Assembly: GCF_006345805.1 (NCBI RefSeq)
Contig: NC_043002.1
Coordinates: 84,754,001-84,818,000 of the forward strand
Direction: 5' to 3'
Length of the DNA stretch: 64,000 nt
Source of the DNA: Octopus sinensis
Lineage: Eukaryota
Both the position numbers and the translations under genes were made by a program. Shown here one piece after another: positions 38,704 through 50,229 of this stretch. How positions within the stretch are numbered: position 1 is the stretch's first letter; each line of letters opens with the position of its first letter. The notes beneath the pieces were generated by a model. The model worked only from the letters and a program-made list of their open reading frames with translations, was not told the DNA's origin and searched no databases.

Positions 38704-39091
38704 TACATCATCCTGATAAGTGGTGTGGATAAAGTCGATAATGTTAGCTTTAACTTCAATATATTTATATTACGAGGATGGGTGTTTTTATCGTTATGCC
38801 TGTGTTAATAATTCTGGACTATGTTTTTCTATCTGATTCGGCTATTCTCTTTTTTGCTCTTTCCATCTTTTGTCTTCTTCTGTTTTTCAACAATCAGATA
38901 TTTCGGTGCTGTGGCCATCCATGGTTTATGTAAACCTTGGATGAGTATTAAAGGATTTTGTAGAGAAATATTTATTTCTCACACAGTTTAGCGTCGTTTT
39001 ATCTTAGACGCTGTATGATGTTTTTAGCCTCATTCCATTTCTATGTATTGGCTATTAACCGAGATATAGGAAACTCAAATAAAAAATATTT

Positions 39092-39278
39092 TGTTGTGTC
39101 TGGGGAGAGTCATTTTCTTTTTGTGCCTTATAATGTAACACACTCACCGGTAAAATTTCCACTTTTTTCTTATTTTTATTTTCCTAAAATTTTCGTTGCG
39201 TCTTCCAACCTTTTCAATAGTCTTGACTGTGTTACATTATAAGGCACAAAAAGAAAATGACTCTCCCCAGACACAACA
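39092..39278. repeat. Perfect 51-bp inverted repeat with 85-bp spacer
   Basis: 39092-39142 is the exact reverse complement of 39228-39278. Confidence 0.95.
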
Positions 39279-40034
39279 GAATATGCTTCAACACACGAAA
39301 TCATGTAAAGAATCTTGCAAACCAAATCCAAAAACGAAATCAAAAATATTTTTACTAATACGTTTAATATTCATGTGGAAGTGTTGAAAATGTTTTCTTC
39401 TACCAAGAGTCGCAAGGATTCAAGGTTTTCTATAGTAGATTATATGTTAATAAATATTTGACATTGTTCTCTTTTAATTCCTTTTTAATCGCATGACAGA
39501 ATTAAAAACCATAGAAGTATTGCTGTGACAAGTGAAATCTTCAGCAATCTCGATTGTTGCCTCAGAGAATATTCAGAATAAGCAAACAATGGTTATATAC
39601 TGAGATGTATGTGAGTCTATGAGGGATTATGTTCTATATTTAGTTTTTCAGTTTGTTTCAATAATCACAGCTAAGGCCACTTTGAAGCACCTCCCTTGTG
39701 AGTAGAGATAAGGAGAGCAGAGATTATATATATAATCAACAGAAACTTTTACAGGAAATCAACCGTGTTTTACATTCAAATATTAACCTCTTTCTAAAAC
39801 CTAGGTCAAGCTGCCATGTACATATCCGCCTAGTAAGGGAACAATAATTTTTTTCCGTTATCTGCTGTGTGTACATGATAACTAAAACTTGACTGAATTT
39901 TAGATTTCCTGAACGCCACTTTAGTGTGGTTTGCATCTACTTGAGATGATTTTCAACAGCATCTAAGCAATCGCCTTGGATTTCCCCATGTCGTTAAGAT
40001 GTAATTACGAAATGCAGCAAACACATCTTTATCC

Positions 40035-40324
40035 TTTTGCTCTTTTACTTTTTTACTTGTTTTAGTCATTTGACTTCAGCCATGCTGAAGCACCGCCTTT
40101 AGTCGAACAAAATGACTCCAGGACGCATTCTTTGTAAGCCTAGTACTTATTTTCTATCGGTCCCTTTTGCCGAACCGCTAAGTTACAGGGACGTAAACAC
40201 ACCAACATCGGGTGTCAAGCGATTGTGGGTAGACAACCAAACACAAGTACACAAGTAGACACACATTAATACAAAAGATGGTGGGGGTCAAACATACACA
40301 CACACACGCGCGCGCATATATATG

Positions 40325-40391
<67 letters not shown>

Positions 40392-40555
40392 GAAATGCTT
40401 CTTTCAGTTTTCGTCTACCAAATCCATTCACAAACTTTGGTCGGCCCGAAGCTATAGTAGAAGACACTTGTACAAGGCGCCACGCAGTGGATCTGAACCC
40501 GGAACCATGTGGTTCGTAAGCAAGCTTTTTATCACACAGCCGCTCCTGCGCCTAT
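40035..40555 (-). mobile_element. SINE A
   Basis: Full-length homology. Confidence 0.9.
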
Positions 40556-40999
40556 ATATATGTGTTAGATTACTATTCTGGTTTTACCGTGTGTCATACA
40601 AAATTTAGATGTACTAAAAATAAATGATTTTTTTCACTATGAATATACTTTTTTTTAAATATGACAACCATCCTACTTGAAAAAAAAAGAGAAAAAAGGA
40701 GAATGCGAACTCCGAACGATTTTCCTAGTGGTAGTTCTTTTAACATCACTTGGTTTTCATTTTGTTTCCTACATTATCGACACTTTCTCTATATGAAAAT
40801 ACTGACTAATAACTAACTACTTTCAGACAATACGGCTTTTACAAAAACCACTAATTTGGAGGTAAAACAATGATTAAAGATGCCGTTGAAAATCTTTATA
40901 AGGTTTATCCCTATATTTTCTATGAAAAATGCTTTTAAACATTTTGATAAATAAAGTTTGCTCAGTAAAGCTTTCTAAGATATTTATTAAAGATATGAT

Positions 41000-41330
41000 C
41001 AAAAGTCTCTCCAGGTTGAGCCGCTAATTCTCCGTATTGAGAAGTCATAGCTCCAGTAGTATGGACATGCGATTAGAATGTTGCAGAAAAGTATCGTAAG
41101 ACGGATTTTTCAAGCCGAACCACCCGGCAGGAGATCTGGGGGTAGATCAAGAATGAGATGGCTGGATAATATCCACAGTCTCAGTTGGTCATGTTTTGGA
41201 GTCCATCCAGAAGCTGTAATGACGGTTGCATCTGATAACACCTTATGGAGGAAGTGCTTGAAGACTCTGCTCCCACGACCCTTCCGGAAACAGTTGGCGG
41301 AGAATATAAAGGAATGGATGGATGGATGGT
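41000..41330 (+). pseudogene. RTE-clade LINE 3' end
   Basis: GRRSGGRSRMRWLDNI...A.D..LWR; (GGAT)n tail. Confidence 0.8.
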
Positions 41331-41367
41331 TATAAGTATATTTACAAGCGTAATCTTATTTACACTA

Positions 41368-41730
41368 CTAGCACTATGACCCGACAACGCCGGGTCATAG
41401 TGCTAGTGCATGCATAAACAGCTGCGTACGTGCGCACATACACGCGAGTACTGTCCAAATCTCCGACCAATCACATACAGCTAGCTGGCATTCAATTGGC
41501 GTATCAAGTTTCGGGCATTTTGATTGGGTTTTGGATAGAAAATTCACAAAAAGTCACTTCTATTGATTTTTTAATGGCTTTGCAGGGTGACTGGGGAAAT
41601 GTAAAGATATGTACCACTACCCTTGGACGGTTTTGAATGACCATAGAAAGTGCGAGCCCTCTAACTAAAACATTGTGGATTTGCATAAAGGATACATACA
41701 CAGACATTTTGCCGTTTATATATATAGAGA
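41368..41730 (-). mobile_element. Non-autonomous Helitron
   Basis: Minus strand A|TCTCTATATATATAAAC...CTAG|T with terminal hairpin and no TSD. Confidence 0.8.
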
Positions 41731-41745
41731 TGCTGGTGAGCCATT

Positions 41746-41860
41746 TAATTAATATAATATAATATAATATATTATATTATATAATTAATATAATATAATA
41801 TATTATATTATATAATTAATATAATATAATATATTATATTATATAATTAATATAATATAA
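41746..41860. repeat. Pure-AT 31-bp tandem array with 22-bp internal palindromes
   Basis: taattaat recurs at 41782, 41813 and 41844; ATAATATAATATATTATATTAT is self-complementary. Confidence 0.9.
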
Positions 41861-42163
41861 CACTGCAAACAGCCGAGTGTGCAGTGTTATATTAGTTAAA
41901 ACCTAACCCGTTGCAGCTTATATTGTCTATTGTAGTGATCACTATTGCTTTATAGTAATCTCAGAAGTGAATTTATGAATCTAAAGTTTTCAAATCGATG
42001 GGAGCGGGGGCCCAACCTCACTCGGTCGTTAGACAGTGAGAGCCCTGAGATTTAACTATAGGATCTAACACACACGTACACACACACACGAACACACACA
42101 CACACACACCACACACACACACACACACACGCACACACGCATACACACACACACACGCATACA

Positions 42164-42197
<34 letters not shown>

Positions 42198-42704
42198 CAC
42201 ACACACATTAGAATGGGGGTCGAAACACAACCATTTTTAATTCAGCGGTATGTGCAGAGTTTTAAATAGTATTTCAAATAAAATATATGACCCCCGTACC
42301 CCTCGCATATATCCCGCCCACAATTAAATACCCTAATTTTCTATATCAATCATATAATCTCTAACACATATATATACTAAATTGCTTATGGATATGAAAC
42401 ATTTGGTCATATTTCACTGTAGAAACCTTGTTTAAAATATCTGATGAGTAGAGATAGTAAAAACATCAAGATACAAGACAATTGGTAGGTAGGTACCCCT
42501 CCAACATAGTAAAATTATAACTTTTCAATAAGTGTTAAATGGATTTTTTAAAAAAATGTATACATTTGTTAAATGATTTTCTTTTGTTTTCAGAGCTAAA
42601 TTGTATTATAATTTTACAAAAATACCTACATAAATTTAAACTAATAACTTAAGTATATAAAATTATATAATGGCAATTAGAAGTAAAGGCCGTAATTCAG
42701 CAGA

Positions 42705-43092
42705 ATACTGGTAGAATGTGTTTATAAAACATCTTTTTCTCTTGGCTTTATTGAGAAAATTCTATAGTTTGTAAGATATTTGTTGTTTTTTTCTTCAATT
42801 TCTGCAATTTCAACCAATCAGTGACGTCTATTGAGTTAAAAAACATTATGTGCCGTATGAATATGTCCCTCGTTTAAGAAACAGATTGGGTTTATTTACA
42901 TTTGTGAAAAAAAAATATATACTCTTCCCCTCACCCCTAACCCAAACCCTAACTCTAACCCTAACCCTAACCCTAACTAACCCTAACCCTAAAAGAGATT
43001 GAAATGCAATAGATCGATACTAGGGTCATAATTATGGGTGACAATTTCATATGACACCGCTAGAAAAACTGCCGTTCAAACCGAAAAGATCC
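42705..43092. mobile_element. One-end-truncated copy of the Merlin-like MITE with (CCCTAA)n tract
   Basis: Near-identical to about 29678-30034; telomere-like tract at 42928-42992. Confidence 0.85.
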
Positions 43093-43869
43093 TAAGAATG
43101 ATCCATGGGAGCTCTGTGGAAATCACGGCATTCAAAGAGCTAAGACCTGGTATGAGTATATTTGCGCGCGCGTGTGTGTGTGTGTGTGTGTGTTTGTGTG
43201 TGTATGCGTGTGTGTACGTTAGTTTGTATATATTTCTAGACGTAACGATACAGTCCAAAATTACACAGGATTACATTGATGGCATACACACGGTGACTTA
43301 CTATTTTTTCCAACAACGTCTACACGTTCTCTATCTCTGTCTTTCTATCTCTCTCTCACTCTCTTTACTGCCTGAAATGGAAAAAGATCTTGAAGACAAA
43401 CTTCACCGCCTTAGCAAAATTCTTCATTCATAAATATTTACAAACATCACTGTATTGGCAAGTATTTGTAAATATTCGTAATTAACTTCCTTTTATATTT
43501 AAACAGACAATATTATCAAGTTTTATTTAAATAGACAATATTTTTATTTTATGACTTAAAAATTACTACTTAGTAGAAAAATCTTCCAGAACAGTCAAAC
43601 ATCCATAGAGATAAAGAAAAATAATTTTGAGGTGCAAAAATCATATTTATGTATCATATTATTAATGTTTACCAGAAAAAAAATCACCGTTCATCGAATA
43701 AAAATGAAAATGCTGTTGCTTAGAGAGAGAGAGTGAGTGAGTGAGTGAGAGAGTGAGAGAGAGAGAGAGAAAGAGAGTGAAAGTGTGTGTGTGTGCGTCT
43801 GTTGATGGAGAGAGAGTGAGAGAAGGAGAGAGGGACAGCATTCATCAATAAAGTGGAAAGGATTTTATT

Positions 43870-43933
<64 letters not shown>

Positions 43934-43939
43934 AAGAGA

Positions 43940-43975
<36 letters not shown>

Positions 43976-44317
43976 AAGCAAGAGGCGCTGTTTGATATCA
44001 GTCCCTCTCTCATTTATATTACCATTTTGTCTCTTCTCTTTTTTTAACTCTTACTTACACTGCTACTTCCCTATTGCGTGATTTTGGACAAACAAAGAAG
44101 CTCATTATTATAACAGATATTTTACATATATATATATGTATATATATATATGATAATATAAATATTAATATTTATATGCATATATACATAAATATATGTA
44201 CATATTTACATATATATGTATATACATATGCATTTATGGGCACAGGATGTCACAGGACGTACCCCCTATATATATATATACATATCTATCTATCTATATA
44301 ATATTTTACGTTATATT

Positions 44318-44403
44318 TTGACATTAGAGACATTTTTATGGACTACGTCCAATATTCGCGGTTACTCTAGGAACGTAACCCCCGCAAATACCGGGGACTA
44401 CTG
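44318..44403 (-). mobile_element. Tigger-like terminal fragment
   Basis: Reverse complement begins TA|CAGTAGTCCCCGGTATT (MER44/Tigger-type start); duplicated at 53679-53781. Confidence 0.7.
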
Positions 44404-44416
44404 TATGTGTGTATTA

Positions 44417-44452
<36 letters not shown>

Positions 44453-45083
44453 CTCTTTACTCCTTTTACTCTTTTACTTGTTTCAGTCATTTGACTGCGG
44501 CCATGCTGGAGCACCGCCTTTAGTCGAGTAAATCGACCCAGGGACTTATTCTTTGTAAGCCCAGTACTTATTCTATCGGTCTCTTTTGCCGAACCGTTAA
44601 GTGACGGGGATGTAAACACACCAGCATCGGTTGTCAAGCAATGCTAGAGGGATAAACACAGACACACACACATATACACACGCATACATATATATATATA
44701 TATATACATATATACGACAGGCTTCTTTCAGTTTCCGTCTACCAAATCCACTCACAAGGCTTTGGTCGGCCCGAGGCTATAGCAGAAGACACTTGCCCAA
44801 GATGCCACACAGTGGGACTGAACCCGGAACCATGTGGTTGGTTAGCAAGCTACTTTATTTCATATAATTTGCCATTTAGGCATTTACAAAGAGGGGACAA
44901 ACAAGGACAGACAAATATAAAGGGTGAAGTAGCTTAACACAGTTACAATTTTCGAATGAAATTACGGATAAGATTATAAACAATGAATTTTACGAAGACG
45001 ATGTTTAAAAATATTAATGATCATGTCGAAGGACGGACACCCAGCCATCCGGGTAGAACCTTTACTTTCTGATCTGGTCACAC

Positions 45084-46265
45084 TTACCTGGTGCCAAACA
45101 TACCCATCTTGCATGCCACAGGCTTCCATCTTTTCACAAACATATCTCGTGACAGACACCTCTTCTCCAGCCTGATTTTGCTACTGAGGTGGTAACTAAA
45201 AAAGTTAATCAACCCCTGGCCGGAGACAAAGGTGCCTGTCACTATACCTTTCGTACGCGTCTTCCATACTGTTTCTTTCAGTATGGCTACTACACAGAAA
45301 AAACAAGCCTTTCTTTCCCTGTTAAGGAAAGGGGGCGGCACAATCTCGATGATAGACTCAGCTGATTGCTGTACTCTTCCCATCACTGACAACAGTTGTT
45401 CAACAAAAGCTATCAGTCCCGATAACTCCGGACACTCCACGAATGTGTGCAAGACGGTCTCCCTATCCTGCTCACTACCGTGCCTTGACAGCTTGTCGCG
45501 AACAGGTAAAGCCGCACGGAAACACTGCCAGGCCAGGGATTTCTGGTAATTATCCAGATACCCCGGCCCGAACGTCCTCCGGAACAGGTTGACCAACTGA
45601 TTTTCATCGTAGCCTAGGGTCTCCCCCAAGGCGTCTTCGGACTTAATCTCCACTAACCCGCTATAGAAATCCGTGGTGGAACTCCTGTTGCCGGCGTTGC
45701 CCACCCGAGATAGTAGCTGGAGCGCCTGACGGCACTCCAAATGCCATTCACTCAGTTTAGGTCTCCGCTTGATCCATGCACCGATGTCCGTTAGGGATGT
45801 TAACTGGGGAAGGTAGAACCGGACGTGCGGTGACCACACCTGCTCTCCATCCAGGTAAAGCCAGAGGTGCCTTAACCTTAACGCGAGTTTTCGCATCCTC
45901 AGCCAAGGCATCCCTAGCCCACCCTTTAGCGGTTTCTGGCAGCAGACAGAGCGCTTTACAAGTGGCTTTCCTCCTTTCCACAAAAATCGGAAAAGGATTC
46001 TCTCCAACTTGTTCACCCACAAATCGGGGCAAGGCACCACGGTCAGACGGTAGGTGATTACTGATGCTATAAACATCTGCACCACCTCCGCCTTCCTTAG
46101 CAGGGATAACGCCCGCCCAGACCAGGTCTGGGTTAGAGCGGTCACCTTGTTGGCCACCTCACTCCAATTTTTCTCAATCTGGAGGTCTGGCCCGAACCAG
46201 ACTCCGAGCAGCTTAACAGGACCTTCCGTCCAACGCCCTACGACGTTATTGGACGGCATCGCCAC
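45084..46265 (-). pseudogene. ORF2 C-terminus (end of RT thumb to C-terminal domain)
   Basis: VKLLGVWFG, GGLG, LPVRDKL, ETVLHTFVECP; 393 codons open. Confidence 0.85.
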
Positions 46266-46836
46266 TCATCCAGGTCCACTCTGGGACGTTCGGATGGTCA
46301 AGTCTGTAACGATCTGCCAGCTGAAACCGCTTAAGCAGATCCACGAGACGTGAGTTCACTTTCCTATAGATCGAGCCAACGCTATCGATGTGTACGTCAA
46401 CGATAGCATTAAAGTCCCCTAATATCACTAAAGTCTTCGACGTCACGAGAAAGCCCTCTAGGCGCCGATAAAAATCAGTTTGGAAACCTCTAGCACAAGG
46501 TGCATAGAGTCCGATCAACCTGAAGGCCTTACTGCTGTATGTCACATCAAGGACGACCAGCCCACCTTCTGGGTCTACATAGACTGTACTTGTCTGTAGA
46601 GCCAAGTCTTTACGGATCAGTACCACTACGCCCCCTCGCCCTCCGGTCTGGCCAGGAGACATGATTTTCTCGTAGCCATTCAGGAGAGGCGAGAAGGTTT
46701 GTAGGCTGTCCAGCTTGGTCTCTGTAGCAACCATCACATGTATATCATGTGATCTGAGGTCGTCGAGGAAACAAGCCTGCTTCCACTTCGAACTCAGACC
46801 ACGCACATTTAAACAACCAAGGTTAAGCGAAGCCAT
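46246..46836 (-). pseudogene. ORF2 N-terminus: APE endonuclease truncated after the WTW motif
   Basis: LNVRGL, ATETK, LYAP, ILGDFNA, WTW; lacks the later RID and SDH motifs. Confidence 0.88.
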
Positions 46837-47106
46837 TACAAAAAGTAAAAGTTCTACTTACGTTTCGTTGGAGAGGTGGGGGCCGACCTCACCACACGTT
46901 TGTGGGCCCCTTCTTTCTCCTCTTTCTTCAGATAGTCCGGCAAGTTCGCGATATGCCGGATGGCGTTTGGGTGTCTGTTTTAATTGTTTGAACGTTGTTT
47001 CCACAATCCACGCGTGTCTATTTCGATCTTGTATTTGTTGTACAGTCTTGCTGACTGATGCTGAACCACATATCGTTTATGTATTTGTCTTGTGTGTCGA
47101 ATTCAA

Positions 47107-48275
47107 TTAATATGAGTTCATTTTCTTTTTTGTCTTCTTTTTCTGGGCCAGTTGAGCGGGATTTTTTTTTCCGTGTCTGTGTGTGTCTTTGTTTTTATTA
47201 TTTTTTGTAGGGGATGTGGACGGGGATGATGCACGAATTCTTTTACGAACTGGTGTAAATCCCCCCTCTGATACCTCCATGGTATCGTCTGGGGTAGCAA
47301 AAGTTTGTTCGGTAGGCGCCACAGTTTTTAGGGGGGTGGGAGGTTTTAATAATGTAGGGGTTTGTGAGTGCGAGGGCTGGGTTTTTTCTTCAGTCTGTTT
47401 TGGGGTTGGCACCGTAACAGCAGGAGTGGGATTTTTTGTTTTTGTAGGGGTAGGTGAGTTTGCAAGGGTAGGGACTTTTTTATTATCTGAGGGGCCTGGT
47501 GTCTGCGGTTTCTTTTGCTTGTCTGGACAGTCTACACGAATGTGGCCTTTTTTGCCGCAGGCGTAACAGGTGGGTTTTCGGCCTTCGACCTGTACCCTGA
47601 GGGCTATGTTCTCGCCCACGAGCACCCTCTCAGGAAGGAGCTGCAGGTCCTCCGCTGTTCCTTGAATTAATATATTAATGTTACGCCCGAGCCAAAATAG
47701 AGGGGCAGAGCATGTTACTTCTAGTATTTTAATTTTGTCCGCCCTTTTATATAACAGGGCGGCCACTACCTCTGTCGGATCTACTTCCGGCGGGGCTTCT
47801 ACAATCCTGACCCGGGACGTCCTGCGTCCCCTATAGCTTGGGAAAAGTACCACCTCCTTGGTTTTTAGGGGATTTACAGAATGCCCGCGGGCCATTTCTT
47901 CCCCCGAGAAGCGGACATCCACAGTGCCATATGCCCGTCCCTGGCGACGTACACGATGTCCTTCCAAATCGGGGACAGGCATTTCTCGATGGTGCTTTTT
48001 TCAAAGTGTTTGAACCTTCTGCTTTGTGGACAGAAAGTTTTAAACACTACGGTCCGCTTCTCGGTCTCCACGATACTGGCGGAGGGTGATATTTTAACAT
48101 CACCACCCTCCTCTTGCATTCTTTTAAATAGCTCGACGAGCTGATTGACATCGATGTCAATGTTCTCGGTAGCCACTGCGGCTACCGCAGAAAATTTTTT
48201 AACATTGCTCTCCTCAAGAGCACTACTTTCGTGAATAATTTCAACAGACATTATTCTGTTGAAATTAGACAACAC
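47107..48275 (-). pseudogene. LINE ORF1 (gag-like, CYACGKKGHIRVDC zinc knuckle), one frameshift near 47940
   Basis: ORFs 47874-48275 and 47107-47982 join by a 1-nt shift (IVYVAR.. / ..GRAYGTVDV). Confidence 0.8.
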
Positions 48276-48719
48276 AAAAATTACGAATATTGGTTTCCCA
48301 CAAAACTGGGAAACCTATAGAAAGTTTTTCTTCCAAAGTAGTTCAAAAAAGCAGTTCAAAAATTCCAATTCCCACCCCCATTCGGGGAGGGGCACGAAAA
48401 TAGTCTGGCAGGACTATATATAGTCACCTAAATAAAAAGCCACAATGGCTAACAGTTCAACGGTAAGAAATTATTCAATTATTTCCCGGTAAAACCGGAG
48501 AACAAGACAGTTCAGCAACGTTTAAAGGCAAATTTTCAGTAGTAGGAATTCAACAATTAACAACACAGCAAAACTCTTACCGGGAAGAAAACGCGTCCAA
48601 ACCGTAGTACGGTAAGCAAAGTCACTCTTCTGTCAGTGAGGTTAGCAAGCTACTTACCACACAGCCACTCCTGCGCCTATATATATATATATGTATATTA
48701 TATATATATAATATATATA

Positions 48720-48821
<102 letters not shown>

Positions 48822-48823
48822 AT

Positions 48824-49429
48824 ATTTAGAAATATTGAATTTCTAAATGTCTCAGAGAGACATAAGCGGTGGTGGAGCGACATAGTGGTCGTATACCGTC
48901 AACTCAATGTGACAGTCCCGTAAAGGAATTACACCACCGCCATTTAGCCCTTTGCAAATATAAGGACACAGAAAATGTGTCGAAGCCGGCAGGAGACGTC
49001 GAAGTTTTCTAAGGGCTAAATGGCGGTGGTGTAATTCCCTTACGGGGCTGTCACATTGAGTTGACGGTATACGACCACAATATCACTCCACCACCGCTTA
49101 TGTCTCTCTCAGACATTTAGAAATTCAATATTTCTAATTTCGGTGATCAGTAAATAAATTTTACTGATAATATGATATATTTGCGAAGGGGTTGCAGTCA
49201 TCTCAGCGAGCGAGACAAGCTACCCTGAACTGACGACGAACAATAAACTCAGAAACATATGTCATCAGGGGCTTAGTCCCAGTTGGCGGGGGTGATTGCC
49301 TCCCCTTTGCAAATATAAGGACACAGAACATGTGTCAAAGCCGACAGGAGACGTCGATGTTTCCTAGGGCTAAATGGCGGTGGTGTAATTCCCTTACAGG
49401 ACTGTCACATTGAGTTGACGGTATACGAC

Positions 49430-49434
<5 letters not shown>
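48824..49434 (+). mobile_element. Hammerhead-bearing unit: inverted 126-bp segment plus about 1.4 tandem copies of a 355-bp monomer
   Basis: Hairpin arms 48826-48951 / 49012-49137; ctttgcaaata recurs at 48950 and 49305; flanked by (TA)n. Confidence 0.85.
49223..49270 (+). ncRNA. Type I hammerhead motif, partly degenerate
   Basis: ccctgaa CTGACGA cgaacaataaactca GAAAC atat GTC atcaggg; palindromic stem III ACATATGT; weak stem II. Confidence 0.55.
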
Positions 49435-49489
<55 letters not shown>

Positions 49490-49490
<1 letters not shown>

Positions 49491-50098
49491 ACATGCATTT
49501 CACACATATATACGATACAAAAACTCGAACGTCCATTTCAACCTTATGGTTATTTACTAAGCAAATGTGTTTGTAGAGTGAATTAATATATATATTTATA
49601 CATAATTAGAATAAAGTCATTATTTAATGATTTATTAGTGGCCAACATACTAACAAGACCATAATGGTTAATTTATATTTAAGTATAATTATAAAATATA
49701 ACTATGATAAGGGCGCTGACACGACAACGCCTGTACGCTAGAAACAGCCCCCAAATGACTACAGACCACTTAAGTCATTACTCCATTACCACAAGTTTGC
49801 ATGCGAGGAAAATGGACAGAAAAGATTAATAAAATATTGTGGACAACACTATATATTATAACTAAACGGTATTTCCTTGTAAAGAGTACCATTGACTACA
49901 ACCGTTTGACTTCTAAAATTTCACACAGCGAATCTTCTAATTTCTTAACTTAGCCGAGATCGCGTGATCTGGGACACAACAATACATAGACGACTTTATT
50001 GAAAGCCGTCGTAAAGTTGAGATATATAATAAGACTAGTTTAAGGTGACCCAGCTCTGCGCGCGGTTGAGGGTGTGGTTGTTACTTTCTGTTTCTTAT
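49490..50098 (+). repeat. About 610-bp segment duplicated in inverted orientation at 51928-52535
   Basis: Near-identical reverse complement with only scattered substitutions. Confidence 0.95.
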
Positions 50099-50229
50099 CG
50101 CCACTTTCTCCCTCTTTGTTTCTCTCTCCTTTCTCTCTCACTTTTCCACTCTTTTACTCTTCCTTTCCCTCGGACACTCCCTCGCTTTCTCTTACTCTCT
50201 ATCTTTCTCTATATATCTCTCTCCCATTT

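Larger units (their letters stand above)
44856..48639 (-). mobile_element. Tx1/L1-clade LINE, both ends present, RT internally deleted
   Basis: 15-16 bp TSD at 44840-44855 and 48640-48655; ORF1 with CCHC knuckle; APE endonuclease start; ORF2 C-terminus; no RT core. Confidence 0.9.
44450..48683 (-). mobile_element. SINE A interrupted by a Tx1-like LINE
   Basis: Body at 44450-44855 and head remainder at 48640-48683; TSD GGTTAGCAAGCTACT(T). Confidence 0.92.

Noticed and set aside
42442-42480. Hammerhead at CTGATGA
   Set aside because: No stem II and no GAAA.
42928-42992. True telomere or chromosome fusion site
   Set aside because: Short degenerate tract internal to a MITE that has a second copy in the window.
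45084-48275. Active autonomous LINE
   Set aside because: ORF1 is frameshifted, the endonuclease is truncated and the RT core is missing.
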